A DNA stretch of 38,233 bases from Candidatus Saccharimonadales bacterium. GTDB lineage: Bacteria; Patescibacteriota; Saccharimonadia; UBA4664; SCTI01. A model generated the notes under the pieces. It ran no database searches and was not told the DNA's origin. It saw nothing but the letters and a program-made list of their open reading frames with translations. Of the stretch, positions 30,708 through 38,233 are shown piece after piece. Position 1 is the stretch's first letter. Every line of letters begins with the position of its first letter. The DNA is taken from positions 1 to 38,233 of the forward strand of contig JASLFZ010000064.1 of the NCBI GenBank assembly GCA_030150485.1. Reading direction: 5' to 3'. The position numbers and the translations under genes are program-made.

Positions 30708-31295
30708 ATGATTAAAAAGGCGGTTATCTCCGTCAGTGATGACACCGGCCTCGCCGAGCTCGCCCGCTCACTGACGGGCCTCGGCTTTTACCTAATAGCA
30801 AGCGAGGGTACTCAAAGGAAGATCCTTGCAGCGCTTGATTCCCAAGGCCAATCGGCGGTTAACTCACTCTCTTGTTACGCCGCCGAAGCACTCGGCGAGC
30901 TTGGGCCGCCCGTAGGGCGAGAGGAGGCTATGGGCTGGTTGAGTGGACGGCTACCTGGCGGGCTCGAGGAAGATATTCAACTGGTGGTCTGTAACTTCAA
31001 GCCGCTCCAACTCAAGAACGATAAAGTCGTTCGGGATGTCGGGGGACCGAACCTAGTTAACGCAGCCGCAATGACCCATCGCCTCGTAGTCGTCGACTCC
31101 GCAGACTACGACGAGCTCATTAGCTTCTTGGCAACCTCAAGCGAGGTGGACCTAGGAACCTTCAAAGTTCGCCTGGACGAAAAGGCTCTGGAACATGCCA
31201 GCGCGTACGGCCAAGAGGTAAGGGCGTATCATCGAGTAGCTCAGATGATGAAATCTAGAGACTTCGTGCCGAGTGCTGAGCTTTCTCAGGACTAG
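30708..31295 (+). CDS. Stand-alone, divergent IMP cyclohydrolase-like (PurH N-terminal MGS-like) domain protein
   Basis: The 195-aa product aligns by eye along its full length with the IMPCH domain of PurH/ATIC. Matches are MIKKAVISVSDDTGLAELARSL..GF.LIASEGT; IQLVVCNFKPL vs IDLVVVNLYPF; VRDVGGPNLVNAAAMTHRLVVVDSADY vs IDIGGPxMLRAAAKNHxxVxVxxDPxDY. There is no AICAR transformylase domain. Confidence 0.7.
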   Translation: MIKKAVISVSDDTGLAELARSLTGLGFYLIASEGTQRKILAALDSQGQSAVNSLSCYAAEALGELGPPVGREEAMGWLSGRLPGGLEEDIQLVVCNFKPLQLKNDKVVRDVGGPNLVNAAAMTHRLVVVDSADYDELISFLATSSEVDLGTFKVRLDEKALEHASAYGQEVRAYHRVAQMMKSRDFVPSAELSQD

Positions 31296-31301
31296 CCTGT
31301 A

Positions 31302-31336
31302 GCCAGCCCTATCTCGAACTACGGGGTAGGGCTGGC
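31302..31336. terminator. Perfect 10-bp inverted repeat between convergent genes (possible bidirectional terminator or RNA-processing hairpin)
   Basis: GCCAGCCCTA, a 15-nt loop, then TAGGGCTGGC, lying between the IMPCH-like stop (31295) and the purQ stop (31349). There is no flanking U tract on either strand. Confidence 0.4.
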
Positions 31337-31348
31337 ACCGAGCAATTA

Positions 31349-32146
31349 TCACCCAAAATAGCTAATCGCGTTCTGGAAAAGCTGTCGTCCTGGCCCTGCC
31401 TCCGGCACGTCCTTTTGCTCACGCTTACATCGCTGCGCCAGGAGTGGCCAGTGCGGCAGATGGGTAAAGGCCGTGGCGCGTTCCGGATGCGGCATGAGGC
31501 CGAGCACCCGGCCGGTTTCATCCGTAAGGCCGGCAATATCATCGGTTGAGCCGCTCGGGCTCACTGGCAGGTCACTATAATCACAAACATCGCCCTTAAA
31601 GTAGCGTAGCGCCACCTGATTATTAACTTTTAATTGTTTTAGCGTAGCAGGATCGCTAACGAGCTTACCCTCGCCATGCGCAACCGGCAGACTCATCTCG
31701 GTAATACCCTCGAGCCAGGGTGATTTATTTTCCACCTTTACATCGACCCATCGTGCGACATAGCGCGCCCCGTCATTATGGGTCAGCGCCACAGCGCGTT
31801 TTGGCTGCCGATCAATCGCCGGCACCAGCCCTAGGTTTGCAATAATTTGAAAGCCGTTGCAAATACCAATGGTCAGAGTATCTCGCTCTACAAACTTGGC
31901 CAGCTCGCTCTGCATATGGTGCTGCACCTTATTGGCAAAGGCGTTGCCAGCGCCAGTATCATCTCCATACGAAAAGCCACCGGGGAAAGCCAAGATATGA
32001 TAATCAGCCAACCGCTTGGGCGCCTCGATAACATCATTAATGTGGATGATATCGGCTCGTCCACCAGCTTGCTCAAAGGCAAATTTCGTCTCCTCCTCGC
32101 AGTTGAGGCCGTAACCTGAAAAGATTAAAACTTTTGGTCGTGCCAT
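31349..32146 (-). CDS. purQ: Phosphoribosylformylglycinamidine synthase glutaminase subunit PurQ
   Basis: It has a class I amidotransferase fold with GICNGFQ (nucleophile Cys) and the HPE catalytic pair (MPHPER). The FPGGFSYGDD motif resembles the glutaminase domain of large PurL. Its ATG overlaps the purL stop by 1 nt (TAATG). Confidence 0.9.
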   Translation of the reverse strand: MARPKVLIFSGYGLNCEEETKFAFEQAGGRADIIHINDVIEAPKRLADYHILAFPGGFSYGDDTGAGNAFANKVQHHMQSELAKFVERDTLTIGICNGFQIIANLGLVPAIDRQPKRAVALTHNDGARYVARWVDVKVENKSPWLEGITEMSLPVAHGEGKLVSDPATLKQLKVNNQVALRYFKGDVCDYSDLPVSPSGSTDDIAGLTDETGRVLGLMPHPERATAFTHLPHWPLLAQRCKREQKDVPEAGPGRQLFQNAISYFG

Positions 32147-35118
32147 TAGAGACCTCCAAACGTAGCACGGTAGCTACCGAGCAGATCCTGGACGGATACG
32201 TTCATTATCTTTTCATGGTTACTCGTTACAGCTAAGCAAGGCTCCTCGGTGACCGTGCCGAGCTTAATGAGAGCTACGCCCTTCATCGTGGCTTCAAAGC
32301 GCACCTGATTGTCGGGTGCCACGCTCACCAGCACCCGGCCCTGCGGCTCGCTGCCAAACGCCGCAATCAGGGATCCAGCCTTCTCAGCCAGCTCCGTCAT
32401 ATCGATTTCCAGCCCGAGCTTACCGGCCATGGAGGTTTTGGCCAGCGCCGCCAGCAACCCGCCACGCGTCACGCTAACGCTGGAAGCGATTACGTTTTCA
32501 TTAATTGCGGTCGCGAGCGCCCGGTATAATGCCAGGTTTTTCACCGCATCAACCTGCGGCACCTTGCCCGCTAGCCGGGATTCACCCAATAAGTCATGCA
32601 GCTCCGAACCACCAAGCTCATCGCCGGTCTCTCCAAGTAAATAGACGGCATCGCCTGGCGTCTTTAGGTCGAGCGATACTACCTTAGTTACGTCCGGAAC
32701 AATCCCAATCGAAGAAATCAGCAGCGTTGGTGCAATCGAAATTTGTACTGGCTTGCCGGCCGCGTCAAATCCGCGAAAATCATTGAACATGCTGTCTTTA
32801 CCGGAAATAAAGGGCGCCAAGTAAGCCACCGCATAGTCGTAGCAGGCCTGGGTAGCTTGCTTGAGCTGGCCCAACCGGAACGGGTCGTTTGAGCTGCACC
32901 AGCAAAAGTTATCGAGGAGCGCCACCGTATCGAGATCGGCCCCAACCGCCACTACATTACGTATTGCCGTATCGATAGCGGCGGCAGCCATCGCATAAGG
33001 ATCCTGTTCGCCATAACCGGGATAGAGCGCCTGCGAAATCGCCACTCCTCGGGTGGAGCCAAGCACCGGCGCAATCACGCTGGCCTCCCCGTTTACCCGC
33101 CCGCGCCCCTGCAGCGGCTTAAGCACCGAGCTCCCCTGCACCTCGTGATCATACTGCGATGCAATAAACTCATTACTGGCCAGGTTTAACCGCCCCATCA
33201 ACTGCTTGGCTATTAGAGGCCAGTCGCTAACGGTTACCGACGTAGTTTTGGCCTTCGGCTTTACCCATTTGGTTTTGCGAGCGGTTTTTGGCAGGCCCTC
33301 ATGGAGGAAATCCATATCGAGATCCAGCACCGTTTCACCCTTGTGCCGCACCACCGCCCGACCGGAATCAGTAAAGTAACCAATTGCGGTAGCTTCGACG
33401 CCACGACGCTGCATCAGGCTCAAAAACACCTGCCATTTCGCTGGATTAATGGCGAGGGTCATGCGCTCTTGCGACTCCGAAATCCAGACCTGCCACGGTG
33501 CGAGGTTTGGGTATTTGAGCGGTACTTTCTCAATATCAACCTCAAAGCCGCCGCACTCTTTGGCCATCTCTGCCACACTACAGGAAAGGCCGCCAGCACC
33601 ATTATCGGTAATACTGGTATACAGCTTGCGGTCGCGCGCCTCCTTTACGATCGCATCGCTCAGCTTTTTCTGGGTGATGGGGTCGCCGATCTGCACCGCC
33701 GTTGCCGGGCTGTGAGCATCCAGCTCCACCGAAGAAAAGGTCGCGCCATGAATGCCATCGAGACCCACCCGGCCGCCTACTACCACTACGAGATCTCCCG
33801 GTTGCGCCGCCTTTTCGTGGGAGGGCGCGCCGTCAACCTTGGTCGGTATCAGGCCAACCGTACCAGCAAATACCAATGGCTTGCCTTTGTAGCCGCTATC
33901 AAAGTAAGTGAAGCCCTGTGGCGTCGGGATGCCAGACTGGTTCCCGCCCACGTTTACTCCCTCAATCACGCCCTCCATAATCCGTTTTGGCGCGAGTGTC
34001 GGTACGGTACGCTTGGCATCACGGTACAGCGGCCCCTCATCGGCCGGGTCCGCCAAGCAAAAGCCATACACGTTGGCGATCGGTTTGGCGCCGAGCCCAA
34101 ACCCAATCGTATCCCGGTTCACCCCCACAATGCCGGTAATAGCACCACCAAATGGATCCAGCGCCGAGGGGCTGTTGTGGGTTTCCACCTTGTGGGTCAC
34201 CAAATGGTCGTCATCAAAGCGGATGGCACCGGCGTTATCGGTAAACACGCTCACGCATATGTCTTTATCACCTTTCAACGCGCGCACCTTTTCGGTGGCA
34301 GCTCGAATGTGAGTTTTATAAATGCCCTTTTCGATCTCATCAAGTGGATCGGCAAAAATGGTGTGCTTGCAGTGCTCGCTCCAGGTTTGCGCAATCGATT
34401 CCAGCTCAATATCGGTAGGCGGCCGTCCAGCGGTCTTGAAGTACTTTTGGATCGCCTGCATCGCGGCCGGCTCGAGTGCCAGCGGTCCGCGGCGTCCTCC
34501 CGCCGGATCCTCAATCCCAAACTTGCCGAGCTCCCCAAGTGCTGCCTCCCCTACCTCAAGATCCACCGTAATGGTCCGTGATGGTCTGAGCTGAACCTGC
34601 GGAACCACTATCGCCAGCGCCCGCTCGCTCCCCCACTCGTCTGCCGCCAGCACCGTAATGCGCTGAATCAGCGGATTTGCCAAACCGGCCGCTAGGAGCT
34701 CCACCTCTTTGCGATCTAGCCGTCCTCGCACCAGTAGTAAGCGCGCCGTAAACACGTCCTCGCCATCTTCAAACTCACAGCCCAATAAGTCCGCGATGCC
34801 CTCCCGCGCGGTCGTCCCCACATTGTCGGTCACGCCCGGCAAAAAGCCGATCTCAATCGACCAGTCGAACCTTCCCGAGGGCTTTTGGCGCTTCTCTTGC
34901 GACCACGTTGCTACCGAACTAACCGGATTCGTCAGCATAGCCGCCGCGGCAGCCAACTCAGCCTCGCTGAGCTCTTTGGTGATCGTATAGACATCAGTCA
35001 CTGCGACATCCTGAACCTCTAGTCCGCTAGCCGCTAGCCGCTTACCTAGCTGTGCCCCACGACCATCTTCGCCCCGTGCAGCTACCGTGATGATACTGGT
35101 TTTAGCCACATCCCTCAT
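32146..35118 (-). CDS. purL: Phosphoribosylformylglycinamidine synthase, synthetase subunit with a large-PurL-type N-terminal (tandem PurS-like) domain
   Basis: The 990-aa product has SEHCKHTIF at aa 247-255 (large-PurL-like HCRHKIF signature) and duplicated AIRS-like domains. The N-terminal ~200 aa contains two PurS-like segments, each ending in a ..NP.. motif (MLTNPVSSV, GLANPLIQR). Confidence 0.95.
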   Translation of the reverse strand: MRDVAKTSIITVAARGEDGRGAQLGKRLAASGLEVQDVAVTDVYTITKELSEAELAAAAAMLTNPVSSVATWSQEKRQKPSGRFDWSIEIGFLPGVTDNVGTTAREGIADLLGCEFEDGEDVFTARLLLVRGRLDRKEVELLAAGLANPLIQRITVLAADEWGSERALAIVVPQVQLRPSRTITVDLEVGEAALGELGKFGIEDPAGGRRGPLALEPAAMQAIQKYFKTAGRPPTDIELESIAQTWSEHCKHTIFADPLDEIEKGIYKTHIRAATEKVRALKGDKDICVSVFTDNAGAIRFDDDHLVTHKVETHNSPSALDPFGGAITGIVGVNRDTIGFGLGAKPIANVYGFCLADPADEGPLYRDAKRTVPTLAPKRIMEGVIEGVNVGGNQSGIPTPQGFTYFDSGYKGKPLVFAGTVGLIPTKVDGAPSHEKAAQPGDLVVVVGGRVGLDGIHGATFSSVELDAHSPATAVQIGDPITQKKLSDAIVKEARDRKLYTSITDNGAGGLSCSVAEMAKECGGFEVDIEKVPLKYPNLAPWQVWISESQERMTLAINPAKWQVFLSLMQRRGVEATAIGYFTDSGRAVVRHKGETVLDLDMDFLHEGLPKTARKTKWVKPKAKTTSVTVSDWPLIAKQLMGRLNLASNEFIASQYDHEVQGSSVLKPLQGRGRVNGEASVIAPVLGSTRGVAISQALYPGYGEQDPYAMAAAAIDTAIRNVVAVGADLDTVALLDNFCWCSSNDPFRLGQLKQATQACYDYAVAYLAPFISGKDSMFNDFRGFDAAGKPVQISIAPTLLISSIGIVPDVTKVVSLDLKTPGDAVYLLGETGDELGGSELHDLLGESRLAGKVPQVDAVKNLALYRALATAINENVIASSVSVTRGGLLAALAKTSMAGKLGLEIDMTELAEKAGSLIAAFGSEPQGRVLVSVAPDNQVRFEATMKGVALIKLGTVTEEPCLAVTSNHEKIMNVSVQDLLGSYRATFGGL

Positions 35119-35138
35119 AGTTTCTTAAGTATATACGA

Positions 35139-35744
35139 TTAAGCCGTCAGCCCCTCAATATGTAGCTCGCCTGCCATCCACTGCTTAACAGCTTCGGAGT
35201 AAAGCTCACGCTCTGCCGCCTTTATGCGCTCATGCAAAGACTCCTCGGTGTCGTTCGGCTTCACCGGTACCCGGCGCTGGGCCACAATCGGGCCGGCGTC
35301 GAGCATGGCGGTGGCCACGTGGATGGTGCAGCCGGTCCACGCCACTTTGGCTTCAAAGGCCTGGCGCACCGCATGGGCTCCGGGGAAGTCTGGTAGCAGG
35401 GCGGGGTGGGTGTTCAAAATCCGGCCGCCATAGGTTTCCGGCCGGAACATCGGATCGGCCAGAATCGTCATCCAGCCGGCCATCGCCACCTTGCCAATAT
35501 TTTTTTCTAATAGGGTGTCGGCTACTTGCTGGCTATAGGCCGCATAATCAAAGCCGGGGCCGAAACTGGGTCGCGCCAGCAGCTCAGCCGCAAGCCCTCG
35601 CTGCTTGGCTTTATCCAGCGCGAGGCAAGGACGATCGGCCAGTACCACATCAATTTTGATGCCCGCTTCTGCCATCGCCTCCATAATGGAGCCACTGCCC
35701 GAAACCAATACCGCCAACCCCGACCGTTGCACGCTTTCACTCAT
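35139..35744 (-). CDS. purN: Phosphoribosylglycinamide formyltransferase
   Basis: LAVLVSGSGS, NTHPALLPDFPG and GCTIHVATAMLDAGPIVAQ motifs are present. Confidence 0.9.
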   Translation of the reverse strand: MSESVQRSGLAVLVSGSGSIMEAMAEAGIKIDVVLADRPCLALDKAKQRGLAAELLARPSFGPGFDYAAYSQQVADTLLEKNIGKVAMAGWMTILADPMFRPETYGGRILNTHPALLPDFPGAHAVRQAFEAKVAWTGCTIHVATAMLDAGPIVAQRRVPVKPNDTEESLHERIKAAERELYSEAVKQWMAGELHIEGLTA

Positions 35745-35750
35745 AGCTCG

Positions 35751-35759
35751 AGCATATCA
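35751..35759 (-). promoter_or_regulatory. Extended -10 (TGaTATGCT) for the purN-purL-purQ operon; predicted leaderless transcript
   Basis: The minus strand reads TGATATGCT, then 6 nt (CGAGCT), then the purN ATG, with no SD. Confidence 0.45.
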
Positions 35760-35778
35760 TAGGGGCCGCCGAGAGCGC

Positions 35779-37311
35779 CTAGTAGCAGGTCACCGCCTGA
35801 GTGCCCGAGCTAACATTGGTCAGACGACAGGTATAGATGGACGAGGTACCCTTGGCAACACTGGCATAGAAGGCGTTCACCAGCGCCAATGTTACACCGG
35901 TCCCACCCACCAGAGTCATACTACCCGTCGAGTTAGAGTTCTTGATCGTAAAGGTAAAGGTATCTCCCACAGTTGCGTGAGGTATCGCCGCCACAATTGC
36001 AGAAGCCGTAGGGGTGGTCAGGGTAACTCCGACGCTACCCTGAGTTAGTACCAAACGTTCCTGGAGTAAATCGCTCGTGGTTAGAGTACCGCTGCTTGAG
36101 TTGTAGCTGTTCGGCGCAGTGGGGGTGTTGTACGTCAGCACCCCGTTCCCCTGCTTTACGTCCCCAGCCGCCGAAACACTAAACTCACTGGTGCTATTGA
36201 CCTGCAGGTTGACTAAGTCGCCACCGTACCCACTGGCGGCATTAATGCCAATAAAGGTGCCCGAGGTGCTACCACTGGCAATGGAGCTGCCTAAATCGAT
36301 TAGCGATTTAGTCGCCGAAGCCGTTGGCGCCGTCGAGAGTACCAGAGCATTGTTGGCAGCCGTCACGGTCAGTGCACCCGCTACACTAAGCGCACCATTA
36401 TCAGTAAATGTGCCCGTCCCCGTGGTAATGGCACCATTGCCTGTCGTCTGCAGGCTTAGCGTGTTCCCGTTGAGATCCCAGGTAGAGGGGGCATTACCGT
36501 TGAGGCTCAGTGCGCCCGCTCCGGTTAGGGTCAAGGCATTCCCCGACCCCACCGATTTCAAGGTTACTACCGAGTTATTGGCACTCGGACCGGTCGCCTG
36601 CAAAATGTTGGTGCCGTTTGCGGTCTGCACGTCGAAAATATCGGCAGTCGGGGACGCCCCTGAAGTTTGCATGATTGTCACTGGCGTAATATTAGTAGTC
36701 GGCTGGAAAATATTGGCAGCGGTAAGCTGGGCAAAACTCGATGACGCCAAGCCGCCCAGCTGCCCAGCGTTGAGCGCGTAAGGCGCCGCCGCAAACTGCG
36801 TAAACGGTAGCATTTCGCCATCGCCAGAACACAGAGAAAAGCTGGCACAGGTGCCATTGGTATTGCCAATATTAATAGAGAGCCATAGAGGTGTCTGGTT
36901 AAAATTGAGCGTACTCAAGGCCACCGAATCACTACCAGCACCGAGCAGTACTGAAAAGTACCCATTCGTGACCGTAACTCCTTGGGTATTATTGTTCAGC
37001 CAGTCTTCCGTCCACTGCGCCGTACCGCCGCATGGCGAGGTGCCGCCGCCAACACAGCCGGTGCCACCAGAGTAAATCTTAAACTCGATATTGTAGGTGC
37101 CATCGGGCACCGTCGCTCCAGCTGTATTGAGCAAGCGGGCTTGATAGTTGATCTGGGTATTGATGCCCGTAGTGGCGTGCGCGAGTGGCGCCACACTGAG
37201 AAGTGTCGAAAATACCAGGCACAACCCCAATACGCCCCGAACCATAGGGGCTACCAGTGCCCGACGATGCGTCAGGCCACTCCGTAATCGGCTTATCAAG
37301 CGCGTCGGCAA
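35779..37311 (-). CDS. Secreted Gly/Thr/Ser/Asn-rich surface protein (beta-rich, adhesin-like); start codon uncertain
   Basis: It has a signal peptide (...MVRGVLGLCLVFSTLLSVAPLAHA/TTG), an N-terminal module (INYQARLLNTAGATVPDGTYNIEFKIYSGG...NGYFSVLLG), and long low-complexity T/S/G/N/A segments. The track start is a TTG at 37311, only 1 nt after GGAGGAG. The in-frame ATG at 37245 gives a cleaner signal peptide. Confidence 0.7.
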   Translation of the reverse strand: MPTRLISRLRSGLTHRRALVAPMVRGVLGLCLVFSTLLSVAPLAHATTGINTQINYQARLLNTAGATVPDGTYNIEFKIYSGGTGCVGGGTSPCGGTAQWTEDWLNNNTQGVTVTNGYFSVLLGAGSDSVALSTLNFNQTPLWLSINIGNTNGTCASFSLCSGDGEMLPFTQFAAAPYALNAGQLGGLASSSFAQLTAANIFQPTTNITPVTIMQTSGASPTADIFDVQTANGTNILQATGPSANNSVVTLKSVGSGNALTLTGAGALSLNGNAPSTWDLNGNTLSLQTTGNGAITTGTGTFTDNGALSVAGALTVTAANNALVLSTAPTASATKSLIDLGSSIASGSTSGTFIGINAASGYGGDLVNLQVNSTSEFSVSAAGDVKQGNGVLTYNTPTAPNSYNSSSGTLTTSDLLQERLVLTQGSVGVTLTTPTASAIVAAIPHATVGDTFTFTIKNSNSTGSMTLVGGTGVTLALVNAFYASVAKGTSSIYTCRLTNVSSGTQAVTCY

Positions 37312-37341
37312 ACTCCTCCACTCAACCGTTATTACAAAATA

Positions 37342-37350
37342 AGCATAACA
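37342..37350 (-). promoter_or_regulatory. Candidate extended -10 (TGtTATGCT) upstream of the surface-protein gene
   Basis: The minus strand reads TGTTATGCT in the 73-nt gap between the two surface-protein genes. Confidence 0.35.
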
Positions 37351-37384
37351 GGTTTAAAAGGAGAGGGCAATCTGTTGAGCCGGG

Positions 37385-38233
37385 CTAGCTTGTAGCTGGA
37401 GGCGGCTGCAGGCGGCGCCGCCGGTCGTAGCGCTCCCCTAGCCAAAAGCTCGCCGTCGCTAAGCAGGTAATCAAGAAAAGCGGCCAGATAATCGTCAGGT
37501 GGTAAGCCGGCGTTACGATGTGCGGAACGGAAGGGGCCGGAACTGGTATGGCCGCGCCGCTAACCGTTAAGGCCGTTTGGTAAAAGGCGGTCGCGCCGGT
37601 GACGTCAGTGATACGCAGGCCGATTACGAATCGGCCTGGCTTGCTATAGGTGTGCTCAATCGTAAACACGCCAGCACTTACTCGACTCAGCAACGACTGC
37701 AATCCGTCCCCCCAAGATATTTGTAGCGCATAGGGTGCAACCCCGCTCTCAATATCAGCCGTCAAGGTGAAGCTACTTCCTGGTTGGACCAATCCAAAAC
37801 GGTACGGTGCCGAAACCTTGAGCGGTGCTGGAGATGCGGCCGTCGGGGTGGCACTAGCCGGTGGTGCAGCCTGGCTTTTCGGCTGAGCTGTCGCCCCCGG
37901 AGCCGCGGTGGAGGTAGCCCCTGAAGCCGACGCGGCTACCTGATACGTCAACGCTACCGCCGGTGACGATGGGCCGCCCTGCCCTAAGCTGTCCACATAG
38001 TATGCCGATATCACATTGGCACCCGTATCTAAGCTAATCGCTAGGCTAAAAGTATCATTGTGGTCACAAAAAGCCGACCCCGCCACCTGTTGGTTGTCTT
38101 GGACCACAATGGTATTATCGCCGCTGCACGCCCCGCTGATAGTCGCCTGGTTGGTCGTTACAGTACTATCACTGGCCGGAACGGTGATAACCGGCGCCGT
38201 GCTTGGGGGCGGCCCCGGAACCGCCCCCGTAAC
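37385..38233 (-). CDS. C-terminally membrane-anchored surface protein with Ig-like/PKD-like domains; 5' end beyond the right window edge
   Basis: The frame stays open from the track's internal Met (38107) to base 38233: VTGAVPGPPPSTAPVITVPASDSTVTTNQATISGACSGDNTIVVQDNQQ... A PKD-like segment (ISWGDGLQSLLSRVSAGVFTIEHTYSKPGRFVIGLRITDVTG), a TM helix (IIWPLFLITCLATASFWL) and an RRRR stop-transfer are present. Confidence 0.7.
   Translation of the reverse strand, partial: VTGAVPGPPPSTAPVITVPASDSTVTTNQATISGACSGDNTIVVQDNQQVAGSAFCDHNDTFSLAISLDTGANVISAYYVDSLGQGGPSSPAVALTYQVAASASGATSTAAPGATAQPKSQAAPPASATPTAASPAPLKVSAPYRFGLVQPGSSFTLTADIESGVAPYALQISWGDGLQSLLSRVSAGVFTIEHTYSKPGRFVIGLRITDVTGATAFYQTALTVSGAAIPVPAPSVPHIVTPAYHLTIIWPLFLITCLATASFWLGERYDRRRRLQPPPATS

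Noticed and set aside
33301-34581. 426-aa ORF on the + strand
   Set aside because: It is antisense to purL and is a typical long shadow ORF in GC-rich coding DNA. It has no recognisable domain, SD or promoter.
1-38233. CRISPR arrays, transposases/IS elements, reverse transcriptase/DGR template-variable repeat pairs, recognisable defence or toxin-antitoxin operons
   Set aside because: Non-coding gaps are all shorter than about 230 nt and contain no spaced repeats. No ORF shows transposase, integrase, RT, Cas or known defence-protein motifs. A search for repeats by eye across 38 kb is not exhaustive.

Overview
The window is 38.2 kb of gene-dense bacterial chromosome, with GC roughly in the mid-50s % from a few hand-counted lines. 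All calls come from motif recognition in the translations; no database search was possible.

Left to right:
- A GC-richer flank holds a 3'-truncated ImmA/IrrE-type metallopeptidase gene next to tRNA-Pro(UGG). This may be the edge of an integrated element.
- Housekeeping genes follow: hup, ymdB-rny, tsaE and a short tsaB.
- A membrane-anchored protein with two lamin-tail domains and a Lys-rich segment is transcribed divergently from the pilus locus.
- The type IV pilus locus has no secretin and looks monoderm-style: pilB, pilC, major pilin, three minor pilins including a 503-aa Cys-rich PilX_N-anchored protein, pilM, pilN, pilO, and a small membrane protein.
- yebC-ruvC-ruvA-ruvB comes next, with two uncharacterised genes attached downstream.
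- A ComEC gene lacks the beta-lactamase nuclease domain.
- The ribonucleotide reductase operon is nrdA, nrdB and a glutaredoxin-like gene. Its R2 carries the class Ic hallmarks (Phe at the radical-Tyr position, Glu as first metal ligand).
- Two de novo purine operons are present: purB-purK-purE-purC-purM plus an unannotated 56-aa basic ORF, and purN-purL-purQ. A divergent, apparently catalytically degenerate stand-alone IMP-cyclohydrolase-like gene sits between them.
- Two secreted or surface-anchored proteins close the window, the last one running off the right edge.

The pilin sequence style, the lack of a secretin and the gene order resemble a CPR/Saccharibacteria-like or other monoderm lineage, but this cannot be established here.

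I found no CRISPR array, transposase, reverse transcriptase or recognisable defence module, and nothing I can confidently call a new system. The most interesting candidates are:
- the LTD/Lys-rich membrane protein beside the pilus and ComEC genes, as a possible extracellular DNA receptor;
- the degenerate stand-alone IMPCH-like protein inside the pur cluster;
- the strongly SD-preceded 56-aa basic ORF coupled to purM;
- the split large-type PurL;
- a recurring TGnTAnnnT extended -10 element placed 6-9 nt before the ATG of several operon-first genes, which implies leaderless mRNAs.
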